Source: Candidatus Woesearchaeota archaeon (GTDB lineage: Archaea > Nanobdellota > Nanobdellia > Woesearchaeales > 0-14-0-80-44-23). Taken from it: a stretch of DNA of 64,000 bases. This document shows, piece by piece, positions 45,475 to 53,951 of the stretch. Position 1 is the first letter of the stretch, and each line of letters opens with the position of its first letter. The notes beneath the pieces were generated by a model that saw only the letters and a program-made list of their open reading frames with translations, had not been told where the DNA came from and searched no databases. A program made the position numbers and the translations under genes. The DNA is taken from assembly GCA_038874135.1 (NCBI GenBank), contig JAVZCZ010000001.1, positions 751,219 to 815,218 of the forward strand, given 5' to 3'.

Positions 45475-47328
45475 ATGAAGAGAACAAGGATTTTTTCAAT
45501 ATTCTCACTGGCAATTTTTGTATTTGCTATGCTCTCAGTTACAACTTACGCTTCAAAAACAAATCTTCTGGCAGTTTCTGAAACTGAGCACGGCCATGTT
45601 GGAAGCGTTGTGCCTCTTAACCTGGAAGTGCTTCCGGGAAGTGGGCGAATACTGATAAATACAGCCCCTCTCACAAGGCCGGATACTCAGATTTCTTTTA
45701 GAATAGCCACGCAGATAGCCTGCGAGGAGGCAAATGTGGATTGTTCAACTCTAGACTTCATATACACTCTTGATTCCTCCTCGCCACTTGTTAGCGGGCC
45801 CAGTGCAGGTGCTGCAATTTCAGCCCTGGCATATTCTGAACTTAAGGGCTATCATATTAATGAGAATTATGCAATGACTGGCACCATAAATGCTGGCGGC
45901 ATAATTGGGCCTGTGGATGGAATTCGTGAGAAGGTGAGTGCGGCTTCCAGGGCAAATATAAGCCTTGTTCTAGTTCCTCAGATAGAGTTCAGTTCTAGCT
46001 TAAACTTGAATAAGAGTCTAACTGAGAATTTAAGCAGTGAAAATTCGGATAATGAAAATATTGAAGAGTTTGGCGCTTCTATAGGTGTTAGGGTTGTTAG
46101 GGTTTCTACACTATATGAGGCGCTTAGCTATCTAACCTCAGAATTTAAGTATGAGACGCCAGAAATCCTGAGGAATGCTGCATATTCTGCAATAATGAAG
46201 AATATTTCTGAAGAGCTATGCGCTGAAACTTTGCAGCTTCTGAACACTTCAAGAGTTTATAATCTGTCTCAAGATTACCTCTTAGCTCTTAACCTTTCTC
46301 AGAAGGCAATGCTTGACTATTCAAAAGGCAGTTATTATTCTAGTGCGAGCAGGTGCTTCGGGGCTAATTTGAAGCTGAGAGGGCTTATCGCTTCTTCAGA
46401 GGCACCATATAGTGCTGAAGAAGTCTTGATAAGGTTTGATTCTGTTCTGTCAGCAATTCGGTCTGAGAGGCAGTCTCTTCCTAAGAGTTATGAAAGTTTG
46501 GAAGAACTTCAAGCATTTATGGTTACCTCTTCCCGACTGGAAGAAGCCTCTAAGTATTTAGACGATGCGAGGATTAACATAGTGGAGAAAAATTATACTG
46601 GTGCAATGCTTTCAATAACCTCTGCAGAGGAACGCCTTAAAAGCGCCATCTTATGGAAGAAGCTTTTTAACCTGCCCGGAAAAAAATTGAGCTTGTCAGA
46701 GCAGAAGCTTAAAAATGCGTGTATTGCCAAGATTGTGGAGGCTCAAGAGAGCTACCAATACGCCAACTTCATCCTTCCTGACTATCTGAATTCTACTCGT
46801 GAAAAGATAATTTCTGCTCTTTCAAGCTTGAACAGCTCATACTATGCTGATTGCTTCTATCAGGCAGCTCTCGGTAAGTCTGAAGCCGATTCGGTTATTT
46901 TGCTTTCCAGTATGGAAGGTGAGAACCTGACCCCCTTCCTGGCTGCTCGGCTCAATGCATCAGAAAGGGAGATTTCTATTCAACAGAAGGAGGGAATATT
47001 TCCGCTCATCAGTTTTAGTTATTATGATTATTCTTTATCTCTGAAGGAAGACTCCCCATCTGCGTCTATGTTATATGCAGGATATGCCTTGGAGCTCTCC
47101 AAGCTTTCTCAATATTTCTTGTCTGATAAGAAAGTTCCTAGACAAATAATCCATTCTCTCTTATTAGTTATTTTGATATTTATCGCAGGCGTTTCCTCGG
47201 GACTTCTGCTCTTTCTGGCATTTTCATCATTTAGAAGACGCAGGTTTAGAAAAGCACTGCAATTTAGCAAGGGTGAAGCTTTTAAAAAAACACCTAAGCA
47301 TAAGGGTAAATTTCTTAGAATTAGGTGA
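45475..47328 (+). CDS. Membrane-associated Lon-like (S16) serine protease domain protein without an AAA+ module.
   Basis: 'SGPSAGAAISALAYSELKG' carries the catalytic Ser motif and 'TGTINAGGIIGPVDGIREKVSAA' the Lys region. It has an N-terminal signal-anchor, a C-terminal TM (LLLVILIFIAGVSSGLLLFLAF) and a basic tail. Confidence 0.7.
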   Translation: MKRTRIFSIFSLAIFVFAMLSVTTYASKTNLLAVSETEHGHVGSVVPLNLEVLPGSGRILINTAPLTRPDTQISFRIATQIACEEANVDCSTLDFIYTLDSSSPLVSGPSAGAAISALAYSELKGYHINENYAMTGTINAGGIIGPVDGIREKVSAASRANISLVLVPQIEFSSSLNLNKSLTENLSSENSDNENIEEFGASIGVRVVRVSTLYEALSYLTSEFKYETPEILRNAAYSAIMKNISEELCAETLQLLNTSRVYNLSQDYLLALNLSQKAMLDYSKGSYYSSASRCFGANLKLRGLIASSEAPYSAEEVLIRFDSVLSAIRSERQSLPKSYESLEELQAFMVTSSRLEEASKYLDDARINIVEKNYTGAMLSITSAEERLKSAILWKKLFNLPGKKLSLSEQKLKNACIAKIVEAQESYQYANFILPDYLNSTREKIISALSSLNSSYYADCFYQAALGKSEADSVILLSSMEGENLTPFLAARLNASEREISIQQKEGIFPLISFSYYDYSLSLKEDSPSASMLYAGYALELSKLSQYFLSDKKVPRQIIHSLLLVILIFIAGVSSGLLLFLAFSSFRRRRFRKALQFSKGEAFKKTPKHKGKFLRIR

Positions 47329-47365
47329 TTTTGATAAGAAAATATTTTTTCTTATATGTTGAAAA

Positions 47366-47399
47366 CCCATGCAAGCAACCCGAAGGTTGCTTGCCTGGG
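47366..47399 (+). other. Strong hairpin: a 15-bp stem with one mismatch and a CGAA loop.
   Basis: cccaTgcaagcaacc-cgaa-ggttgcttgcCtggg. The perfect 10-bp core is 47371-47380 / 47385-47394. It lies 38 nt after the stop at 47328 within a 225-bp intergenic region. Confidence 0.6.
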
Positions 47400-47553
47400 A
47401 AAAAGAGGTGATAGATCGTGATTTTTTCTACTATGTAGTGAAACTATCTAATATTTAAAACTTTCTGTTTTTTTCTATATTTTAGTAGTAACAAAATGGG
47501 GACGAATCTTTAAATAATTGTTAATTAAAGGTTTTTGAAGGAACAATAAAAAA

Positions 47554-48210
47554 ATGAGAATCGCTATTTGTGAAAGCTGCAGAGAGCATCCTGCACAAGT
47601 CTCATTTAAATATTCACGAAGCTTGTGCTATAGCTGCTTCTCAGCACTGTTGGAAAGGAGATGCAGAATTGACTTAAGAAGGCACGAGTGTCTTGAACCC
47701 CTATTGAGGGCTGAGAGAGTTTTACTAATTGAGCAAACTGCTCTGGAAGGAATGGCAGCAGAGCAGTTTCTCCACAAGCTTAACCCCAAATTAACAGTGT
47801 TTAGAACGCCCACTAAAAATTTTTCTCCTAATCAAATACTAAGCATTGCTAATGAAAAAAAAGCAAAGTTAATCGCGCTAGCGTGGAGCATTGAACGCGA
47901 ATGTTCTCTTTTTTTAAAAGAATATTTAACAACACGAACTCAAAAGACAATATCTCAGCCATGCTTAAAATCTTCAGGAAGGCTGATTTTTAAGGTTTTT
48001 AGAAATGCAAGGATTGAAGAACTTAAGGCATACTTAAAATGTGAAAAAGTAAAAATCCCAGAATTTGAAGTGCCATCTTCTGATAAGCCAATCTACAGAA
48101 TGCTTTCACGAATGGAAAGGCAATATCCAGAAATAAAGTTTTCCCTACTCTCCTCAGCTGATAAACTTGTTAAGATCCGGAAAACTTTCGGAAAAGGAAA
48201 GAACATCTAA
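47554..48210 (+). CDS. Hypothetical protein with an N-terminal Cys4 zinc-ribbon. It may be a degenerate N-type ATP-pyrophosphatase-like fold that lacks the PP-loop.
   Basis: 'CESC...CYSCF' resembles TtuA/NcsA-type N-termini, but no SGGxDS motif follows. Function unknown. Confidence 0.45.
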   Translation: MRIAICESCREHPAQVSFKYSRSLCYSCFSALLERRCRIDLRRHECLEPLLRAERVLLIEQTALEGMAAEQFLHKLNPKLTVFRTPTKNFSPNQILSIANEKKAKLIALAWSIERECSLFLKEYLTTRTQKTISQPCLKSSGRLIFKVFRNARIEELKAYLKCEKVKIPEFEVPSSDKPIYRMLSRMERQYPEIKFSLLSSADKLVKIRKTFGKGKNI

Positions 48211-48239
48211 ATTAATCCAATTTTTTCTATGAACAAGGT

Positions 48240-49223
48240 ATGCGCAGGATTCCGACAATTATCCTCTTATGCATCACTATACTAACTGTAAATTTTTTTA
48301 AAAAATTCTCATATGCAAACTTTTTTGAAATAGTTGGCAGTGCAGTCCGGGATGAGGGAAGCATTAGTGTTTATTTCTGCCCAAGACAAGACTGTCTGGA
48401 GATATTTTTAAATATACTCTCAAGTGCTCAATCGGTAGAGTGTGCCCTCTACACCGTGTCACCTGAAGTTATAACAGCTATCCAACAAGTTCCACAACAC
48501 ACAATCTTGATTGACTACAAAACCTATCAGAGGCTTTCAGAAAAAGTGACAGACATAATTCCAGTTTATTCCGAAGGAATAATGCACAACAAGTTCTGCA
48601 TTATTAATAAAAGTATTTTAATTACAGGATCCTGGAATCCGACTCTAGCGGACTCTTTCAAAAACAATAATAACATGCTAATCATTCATTCACAAAAAAT
48701 CTCTAACAATTATGAAGAGAAGTTTAAGCAGCTTCTATTGAGGAACACACAGAGATATTCCCCTAAGATTAAACATAAAATTATTCTCAGCAACGCCCTT
48801 GTTGAGAATTACTTCTGCCCAGAAGACAATTGTAGCAGAATTCTTATTGAAAAAATAAACTCTGCAACATCAACAATCTACTTTATGACATTCAGCTTCA
48901 CTGAGGATTCTGTAGGAGACGCTTTGTTAAAAAAGAATTCGGCAGGAATTATAATCTCAGGAATATTTGATAGGCAGCAACTTTCCAATTTTTCAGAATA
49001 TGAAAGACTACTAAATGCGGGAATAGATGTTTCAGCAGACTCTAACAAATACCTTATGCATCACAAGGTTTTCATAATAGATAACTCAACAGTGATTACC
49101 GGAAGCTTTAATCCTACACAGAATGGAAATACAAAAAATGATGAGAACATCTTAATAATTCACAGTCGAGAGATAGCATCTCGCTATGTTGAAGAATTTT
49201 TAAATTTGAAAGCTGATAATTAA
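48240..49223 (+). CDS. Phospholipase D-family protein with two HKD motifs and an N-terminal signal-anchor.
   Basis: The two HxK(x)4D-type motifs are 'HNKFCIINKSILITGSWNPT' and 'HHKVFIIDNSTVITGSFNPT'. The N-terminal hydrophobic segment is IPTIILLCITILTV. Confidence 0.8.
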   Translation: MRRIPTIILLCITILTVNFFKKFSYANFFEIVGSAVRDEGSISVYFCPRQDCLEIFLNILSSAQSVECALYTVSPEVITAIQQVPQHTILIDYKTYQRLSEKVTDIIPVYSEGIMHNKFCIINKSILITGSWNPTLADSFKNNNNMLIIHSQKISNNYEEKFKQLLLRNTQRYSPKIKHKIILSNALVENYFCPEDNCSRILIEKINSATSTIYFMTFSFTEDSVGDALLKKNSAGIIISGIFDRQQLSNFSEYERLLNAGIDVSADSNKYLMHHKVFIIDNSTVITGSFNPTQNGNTKNDENILIIHSREIASRYVEEFLNLKADN

Positions 49224-49233
49224 AAATATTAAA

Positions 49234-50730
49234 CTATTTTATCACAACCATGTCGCTTCCAATGTTCTTAAGAAACTCAACTGCAGACTCCAACCTTTCC
49301 CTGTTTGAAGAATATAGTGTCAGGATTGGTTCTCCGACATTTACTTGACTGTCCACATGCTTATAGAGGTATATCCCTGCCAGCTTATCTTTGGGAGTTC
49401 CAGCTGCTCGGCACACCTGTGCAATGAGCTGGCTGTCAATGTGTGCTATCCTCCCGCTGTTATAGGCAGTCATCGTGTAGGAGAACCTTCCAGGGGAGAG
49501 CTCCTTCTCGTCAGGAACTCTTCCCCCCTGAGCTTCAATTATCTCCGTGAATTTTCTGAGAGCCCTTCCAGATTCAAGTATCTCCTTGGCAAGCTTATAC
49601 CCCTGCCCTTTCTTTGCCTTTCCACCCATTTCTAACAGCTTGGCTGCCATCTTAAGAGATTTCTCTTTAAGGTCCAAAGGCATTCCCGGCTTGTTCTGAA
49701 GTATTCTTAATATATCTCTCATCTCCAACAGGGCACCTATGCCATTGCCTATTGGTTGAGAACCGTCACTCAGCATAACCTCAAATTTTATATCCAGCGC
49801 CTTTCCAATCTCTACAAACATCCTTGCAAGCTTTTTCGCTTCAAATACACTTTCAACCTTAGCACCCTTCCCTACAGGTATGTCTATCAGCACATGAGTT
49901 GCAGAGACGGACTTCTTCTTAGCTATTATACTTGCCAACATCTGCGATGGAGAATCTATCCCCAGAGGATATTCCAGCCTAATTATCGTGTCATCTGCAG
50001 GTGCCAGAGAAACTGCACCTCCCCAGACGATACATCCTCCAGTTTTCTGAACTATGCTCTTTATCTCATCTACTCCAAAGGAAACATTTGCTATGACTTC
50101 AATAGTGTCAGCAGTGCCGGCTGGACTGGTAATTGCTCTAGAGCTTGTTTTCGGGATTAAAAGCCCCGCCTCAGCCACTATTGGAACAACAATGGGCGTT
50201 GTCCTATTGCCAGCAACACCGCCTATGCAGTGCAAGTCAAATACGGGAGGCTCAAATTTTATCGTTTCCCCACTTTCAACCATCGCTTTAGTAAGTGCAA
50301 TGGTCTCCCTAAGCGTAGTTGGCCTCATGTAGCATGCAGCTATAAAATATGATATCTCGCTTTCTGAAAGGCGATTTTCAACGATATCTCTGACTATCTG
50401 GCTCATCTCTTGAGGTGTGAGCTCCTTGCCTTCCATCTTCTTTCTTATCAACGACACTGACAGCGGCTTTCCTTCAGGCTGAACCTCAACAATTTCGCCG
50501 CCCTTACATTTAAGTTTGGAAGCAACCTCTTCAAAAACAGCTATCCTGCCCTTAGGCACAAGCTTTTTGTTCTTAGCTATATCAATTATTGCTACAACAT
50601 CAATCCCCTGCTTCTTTATCAGAACTCTGTCGCCGTAGTGAAGGTCCAGTTTAACCGCATCACTCTCATTCAGCACTACTATCGGTGCATCTCCAGTTCC
50701 TATGCCTAAAAGCATTGTTCTCAATTTCAT
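49234..50730 (-). CDS. deoA: AMP phosphorylase (archaeal thymidine-phosphorylase family).
   Basis: It is ~500 aa and has the N-terminal extension typical of archaeal AMPpase (MKLR...VVLNESDAVKLDLHYGDRV). 'HCIGGVAGNRTT' and 'SRAITSPAGTADT' are core motifs of the family. Confidence 0.8.
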   Translation of the reverse strand: MKLRTMLLGIGTGDAPIVVLNESDAVKLDLHYGDRVLIKKQGIDVVAIIDIAKNKKLVPKGRIAVFEEVASKLKCKGGEIVEVQPEGKPLSVSLIRKKMEGKELTPQEMSQIVRDIVENRLSESEISYFIAACYMRPTTLRETIALTKAMVESGETIKFEPPVFDLHCIGGVAGNRTTPIVVPIVAEAGLLIPKTSSRAITSPAGTADTIEVIANVSFGVDEIKSIVQKTGGCIVWGGAVSLAPADDTIIRLEYPLGIDSPSQMLASIIAKKKSVSATHVLIDIPVGKGAKVESVFEAKKLARMFVEIGKALDIKFEVMLSDGSQPIGNGIGALLEMRDILRILQNKPGMPLDLKEKSLKMAAKLLEMGGKAKKGQGYKLAKEILESGRALRKFTEIIEAQGGRVPDEKELSPGRFSYTMTAYNSGRIAHIDSQLIAQVCRAAGTPKDKLAGIYLYKHVDSQVNVGEPILTLYSSNRERLESAVEFLKNIGSDMVVIK

Positions 50731-50736
50731 CTTAAT

Positions 50737-51819
50737 TCACTCCGCTTCTCCTCGCCAGTATTCATCCTTGTATATCTTTAAAAATGTTGAGAAAAGGGCA
50801 AGTACTACAGGCCCTATAAACACGCCCACAACCCCAAAAAACATTATGCCCCCAACTGTTCCAAACATAACTATCAGTGGATGAGTTTTTATCTTGCTGC
50901 CAACTATCTTAGGCCTGAGAAGATTGTCAATCGTACTAACTATTATGGCTCCATAAGCAAATATGAATATCCCATTTTTGAGCATCGCAATATTGTCCAT
51001 GCTTATTCCCTTTATGACATGGTAAGCAGATATTGGAAGCCAAATTGCTACTGCTCCCATGAATGGAATCAGAGCTGCTATTACTGTAAAGAATCCCCAG
51101 ATGAGGGCTGCCTTGACACCAAACAGGTAGAATCCGAAAGCAGCTAACGCTCCTTGTACAACTGCTATAACTATGTTTCCATATATTACTCCATTCAGAG
51201 TCGTAATCACCCTCTTAGCAGCTTCTTTTTTATGACTCTCTTTTATCATCAAAGTGTCCCAAATGGATTTGTATATCTCTTCCGCATCTCTTAAAAAGAA
51301 GAACATGGTAAAGAATATTATGAAAAGGTGAAATGCAACTCCAGGTATTATTTTTATGAGAGAAGCAATGTTCTGAGTAATGAACGAAGTGAAGTTGGAG
51401 ATCATCTCAAGTGAGATCTTATTGAATGGCTGCGTATACATAACCTTGCTGATAAGAGAGTAGATGGTGCAGGCTATCTTTCCATCATCTTTACACCCAA
51501 CACCGGTATAGCTCTGCTCTATGAACTGTTGGACCACAGCATAAGAACCTGAAAGTTCACTGAGCAGACGATTTATAAGCAGAACTGATGGGACTGCAAT
51601 CAAAAGAAATGCAAGCACACTCACAACTCCAGCAGATAAGTTCTTATTGTTAATCCTTCTAAGGATAAACCTGTAAAGTGGGCTGAAGGTGTAAGAGAAT
51701 AAGAAAGCCATAAAAATGTCTACAAAAAAAGGTCTTACTATCAAAAAAGAGAGCACTGCCAGACTGCACAGAATGAATATTAAAAAATACTTAGAAGTGG
51801 CTCCATCCCTCTTTTTCAT
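50737..51819 (-). CDS. AI-2E family (PerM/UPF0118) transporter.
   Basis: It has about 8 hydrophobic helices. The C-terminal 'LLRPKIVGSKIKTHPLIVMFGTVGGIMFFGVVGVFIGPV' is typical of the family. Confidence 0.75.
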   Translation of the reverse strand: MKKRDGATSKYFLIFILCSLAVLSFLIVRPFFVDIFMAFLFSYTFSPLYRFILRRINNKNLSAGVVSVLAFLLIAVPSVLLINRLLSELSGSYAVVQQFIEQSYTGVGCKDDGKIACTIYSLISKVMYTQPFNKISLEMISNFTSFITQNIASLIKIIPGVAFHLFIIFFTMFFFLRDAEEIYKSIWDTLMIKESHKKEAAKRVITTLNGVIYGNIVIAVVQGALAAFGFYLFGVKAALIWGFFTVIAALIPFMGAVAIWLPISAYHVIKGISMDNIAMLKNGIFIFAYGAIIVSTIDNLLRPKIVGSKIKTHPLIVMFGTVGGIMFFGVVGVFIGPVVLALFSTFLKIYKDEYWRGEAE

Positions 51820-51847
51820 CCTCGCATTCCCTTTCCTAGTTGAAAAA

Positions 51848-51920
51848 TGGGCCCGCCCGGATTCGAACCGGGGACCTTCTGCACGTCAAGCAGACGTCAT
51901 AGCCTCTAGACTACGAGCCC
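51848..51920 (-). tRNA. tRNA-Val (GAC).
   Basis: The reverse complement is GGGCUCGUAGUCUAGAGGCUAUGACGUCUGCUUGACGUGCAGAAGGUCCCCGGUUCGAAUCCGGGCGGGCCCA. The acceptor is GGGCUCG/CGGGCCC (with a U-G pair), the anticodon loop is UUGACGU and the T-loop is GUUCGAAUC. CCA is not encoded. Confidence 0.85.
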
Positions 51921-52007
51921 TCTTTCTAAAACAAACATTCCATCCTTATTTAAATATTTCGCCAAATATCAAAATGTTTAAAAATAACTGAATATGCTCT
52001 CCATCCT

Positions 52008-52093
52008 GCGGGGGTATCAAAGGCTGGTCAAATGAGCGGGACTTAAGATCCCGTCCCCTAGCGGGTTCGGGGGTTCAAATCCCTCCCCCCGCA
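52008..52093 (+). tRNA. tRNA-Leu (UAA) with a long variable arm.
   Basis: The acceptor is GCGGGGG/CCCCCGC and the discriminator is A. The anticodon stem-loop is CGGGA-CUUAAGA-UCCCG. It has an extended variable arm and the T-loop GUUCAAAUC. A TATA-like GTTTAAAAATA lies ~25 nt upstream. Confidence 0.85.
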
Positions 52094-52138
52094 TTTAACC
52101 GATTGTTTTAAAAACAAAGCCAGATTCCAGGAGTTTGC

Positions 52139-52245
52139 GCCTCTGTAGCTCAGTGGTAGAGCGCCACCTTGGTATATTCCGCAGTCAACCCAGGCTTGGA
52201 ATTGCAGAAAGGTGGAGGTCGCGAGTTCAATCCTCGCCAGAGGCT
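52139..52245 (+). tRNA. tRNA-Thr (GGU) with a 35-nt intron (52175-52209) at the canonical 37/38 position.
   Basis: The acceptor is GCCUCUG/CAGAGGC, the discriminator is U and the D-arm is GCUCAGUGGUAGAGC. The anticodon stem CCACC...GGUGG is separated by 42 nt, that is a 7-nt loop UUGGUAA plus 35 nt. The T-arm is GCGAGUUCAAUCCUCGC. I did not fully verify a bulge-helix-bulge (BHB) splicing motif by eye. Confidence 0.7.
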
Positions 52246-52760
52246 TACTTTACAAATCGGTACATGTTCAGAAAGCTCTTGATTGTTGCTTCTATGTCTG
52301 CAGTGTCGGAGCTTACTATGTTCTCAAAGTGTTGAGTGTAGTTTTTATAGAAAAACTTGTCGTAAACCGTTCTCATAAAGAAATAGAAAGGCGTCTGCTC
52401 CCACCTGCCTTCATAATCAGTTTCAAGATAGGAATCAACTTTTACTTCCATTTCACCCTGATTGAGTAAAGCCTTATGCCCGTCTATCTCAACTTCTACA
52501 TCCTTAAGGTCTCGTATAATGATTTGAAGCCTTATTACAGATTTGGCATAATCACTCATCTTCTTGAAAGGCATCATGTCTATATCTATAAACTTGCCAG
52601 ACTGTTTAACATGCTCTTCATTCTTTATCTCCCGCCTGTCATACCCTTTCTCTTTTAGCCATTCGTTTATTATCCTGTAAAGCTCGTTAAAGCTGAAGAG
52701 TCCAGAATACTTTATCACACGCCCCTGCACTACAGGCATCTGCTCTGACATTCTTATCAC
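52245..52760 (-). CDS. Hypothetical protein (171 aa), tandem paralog 2.
   Basis: The ORF directly abuts 52761..53276 and has the same length. The shared pattern is 'Y.G.F..N.LY......WL...G'...'V.DVEV..DG.K'...'TDY'. No known family recognised. Confidence 0.6.
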   Translation of the reverse strand: MIRMSEQMPVVQGRVIKYSGLFSFNELYRIINEWLKEKGYDRREIKNEEHVKQSGKFIDIDMMPFKKMSDYAKSVIRLQIIIRDLKDVEVEIDGHKALLNQGEMEVKVDSYLETDYEGRWEQTPFYFFMRTVYDKFFYKNYTQHFENIVSSDTADIEATIKSFLNMYRFVK

Positions 52761-53276
52761 CTACACCATGCTTCCAGTTCCTTCCATTCCGAGGTATGCC
52801 TTAACATCTTCATAAAATCTTAACACATAATAATAAAGAGGGTCTACATGCTTAAAATCCAAATCCTGTCTCAAAACATACTTGTCAAAGAACTCCTGCA
52901 TTTTAATTAAGAATTTGCTTTCATCCCACAAAGTTTTTCCATACTCATCAGGATAATCAGTCTGAACCTTTCCTGAAAAAGTTATTATCACGCGGGCATC
53001 CTGCATCTTCTTCTTTTCCCCATCTTTTATAACCTCAACATCCCTTACGCCGTAAAAGTGAAATTCCACGCTTATAACATACTTGACATATCCTGTGATT
53101 TTTTTTTCAGCCTCCCAGCTCAGCTCAATCTCAGGAGGCTTGTGCTTATACTTCCTTTCATAAAAATCAAAACCCTCATTTATAAGCCAGTTAGACATGA
53201 ACTTGTAAAGCCCATTTATGTCAAAGATGCCCTTATATTTCAGAACAGTGTTGGGAAGCTTTATCTCTCTCATCAA
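52761..53276 (-). CDS. Hypothetical protein (171 aa), tandem paralog 1.
   Basis: See the paralog at 52245..52760. The two are contiguous with no intergenic gap. Confidence 0.6.
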   Translation of the reverse strand: MMREIKLPNTVLKYKGIFDINGLYKFMSNWLINEGFDFYERKYKHKPPEIELSWEAEKKITGYVKYVISVEFHFYGVRDVEVIKDGEKKKMQDARVIITFSGKVQTDYPDEYGKTLWDESKFLIKMQEFFDKYVLRQDLDFKHVDPLYYYVLRFYEDVKAYLGMEGTGSMV

Positions 53277-53341
53277 AACCCTTTAAAGAAAAGTTTGTTT
53301 ATAAAAGTTTCCCTATTATTCCAGCAGTGCGCTTCGCATTT

Positions 53342-53884
53342 TTAGAGTTTACTTCTGCACTCAACGCAAACCAGCATGTCTTTTACTCTGTATAACTTCT
53401 TGGCAGGATTTCCGCAGAGCTCGCAAACTGAATTGCTAATTGTCCTTACAGGCTTATGTTCCTCTTCCCTTATCTCAAACTTTTCTACTATTAGATCAAA
53501 AAGCTCCGGCTGTATCTTTAAGATGTCCTTAATTGTCAGCAGCCCGATTATGTTCTGTCCGTCCACTATTGGAAGGTGCCTTATGTTGTTGTCCCTCATC
53601 TTTATCAGAGCATTGTATATGTCGGCTTCAGGCCCTATTGTTATTAGCTTCTTGACCATCAGCTTCTTCACAGGAACTTTTGAGCAGTCAATGTTTTGAG
53701 CAACTGCCTTTCTGACAATGTCCTGCTCGGTTATTATGCCTCTAAGCTTCTTGCCCTCAGTTATTAGTAATCCCCCAACATGCTTCTGCTTCATTATCCT
53801 AGCACAATCGCAGATGCTGGTTTCAGGACTAACCGTTATGGGCTCCCTAGTCATTGCGTCGCATACCTTATACCCAGTTTTCAT
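53342..53884 (-). CDS. CBS-domain pair protein with a C-terminal zinc ribbon.
   Basis: There are two CBS-like units ('VCDAMTREPITVSPETSI..A..IM..KHVGGLLI', 'VKKLMVKKLITIGPEADIYNALIKMRDNNIRHLPIV'). The C-terminus is 'CELCGN...CVEC'. Confidence 0.8.
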   Translation of the reverse strand: MKTGYKVCDAMTREPITVSPETSICDCARIMKQKHVGGLLITEGKKLRGIITEQDIVRKAVAQNIDCSKVPVKKLMVKKLITIGPEADIYNALIKMRDNNIRHLPIVDGQNIIGLLTIKDILKIQPELFDLIVEKFEIREEEHKPVRTISNSVCELCGNPAKKLYRVKDMLVCVECRSKL

Positions 53885-53951
53885 TCTGAGATGAAGTAAC
53901 CCTCAGATGCTTATAAAGATTATTATAAAATAAAACAACAATAAAAAAGGT

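Noticed and set aside
51716-52469. ORFs 51716..51991, 52135..52335 and 52212..52469 on the + strand.
   Set aside because: They overlap tRNA-Val, tRNA-Thr and the better-supported minus-strand 171-aa gene. They are spurious.
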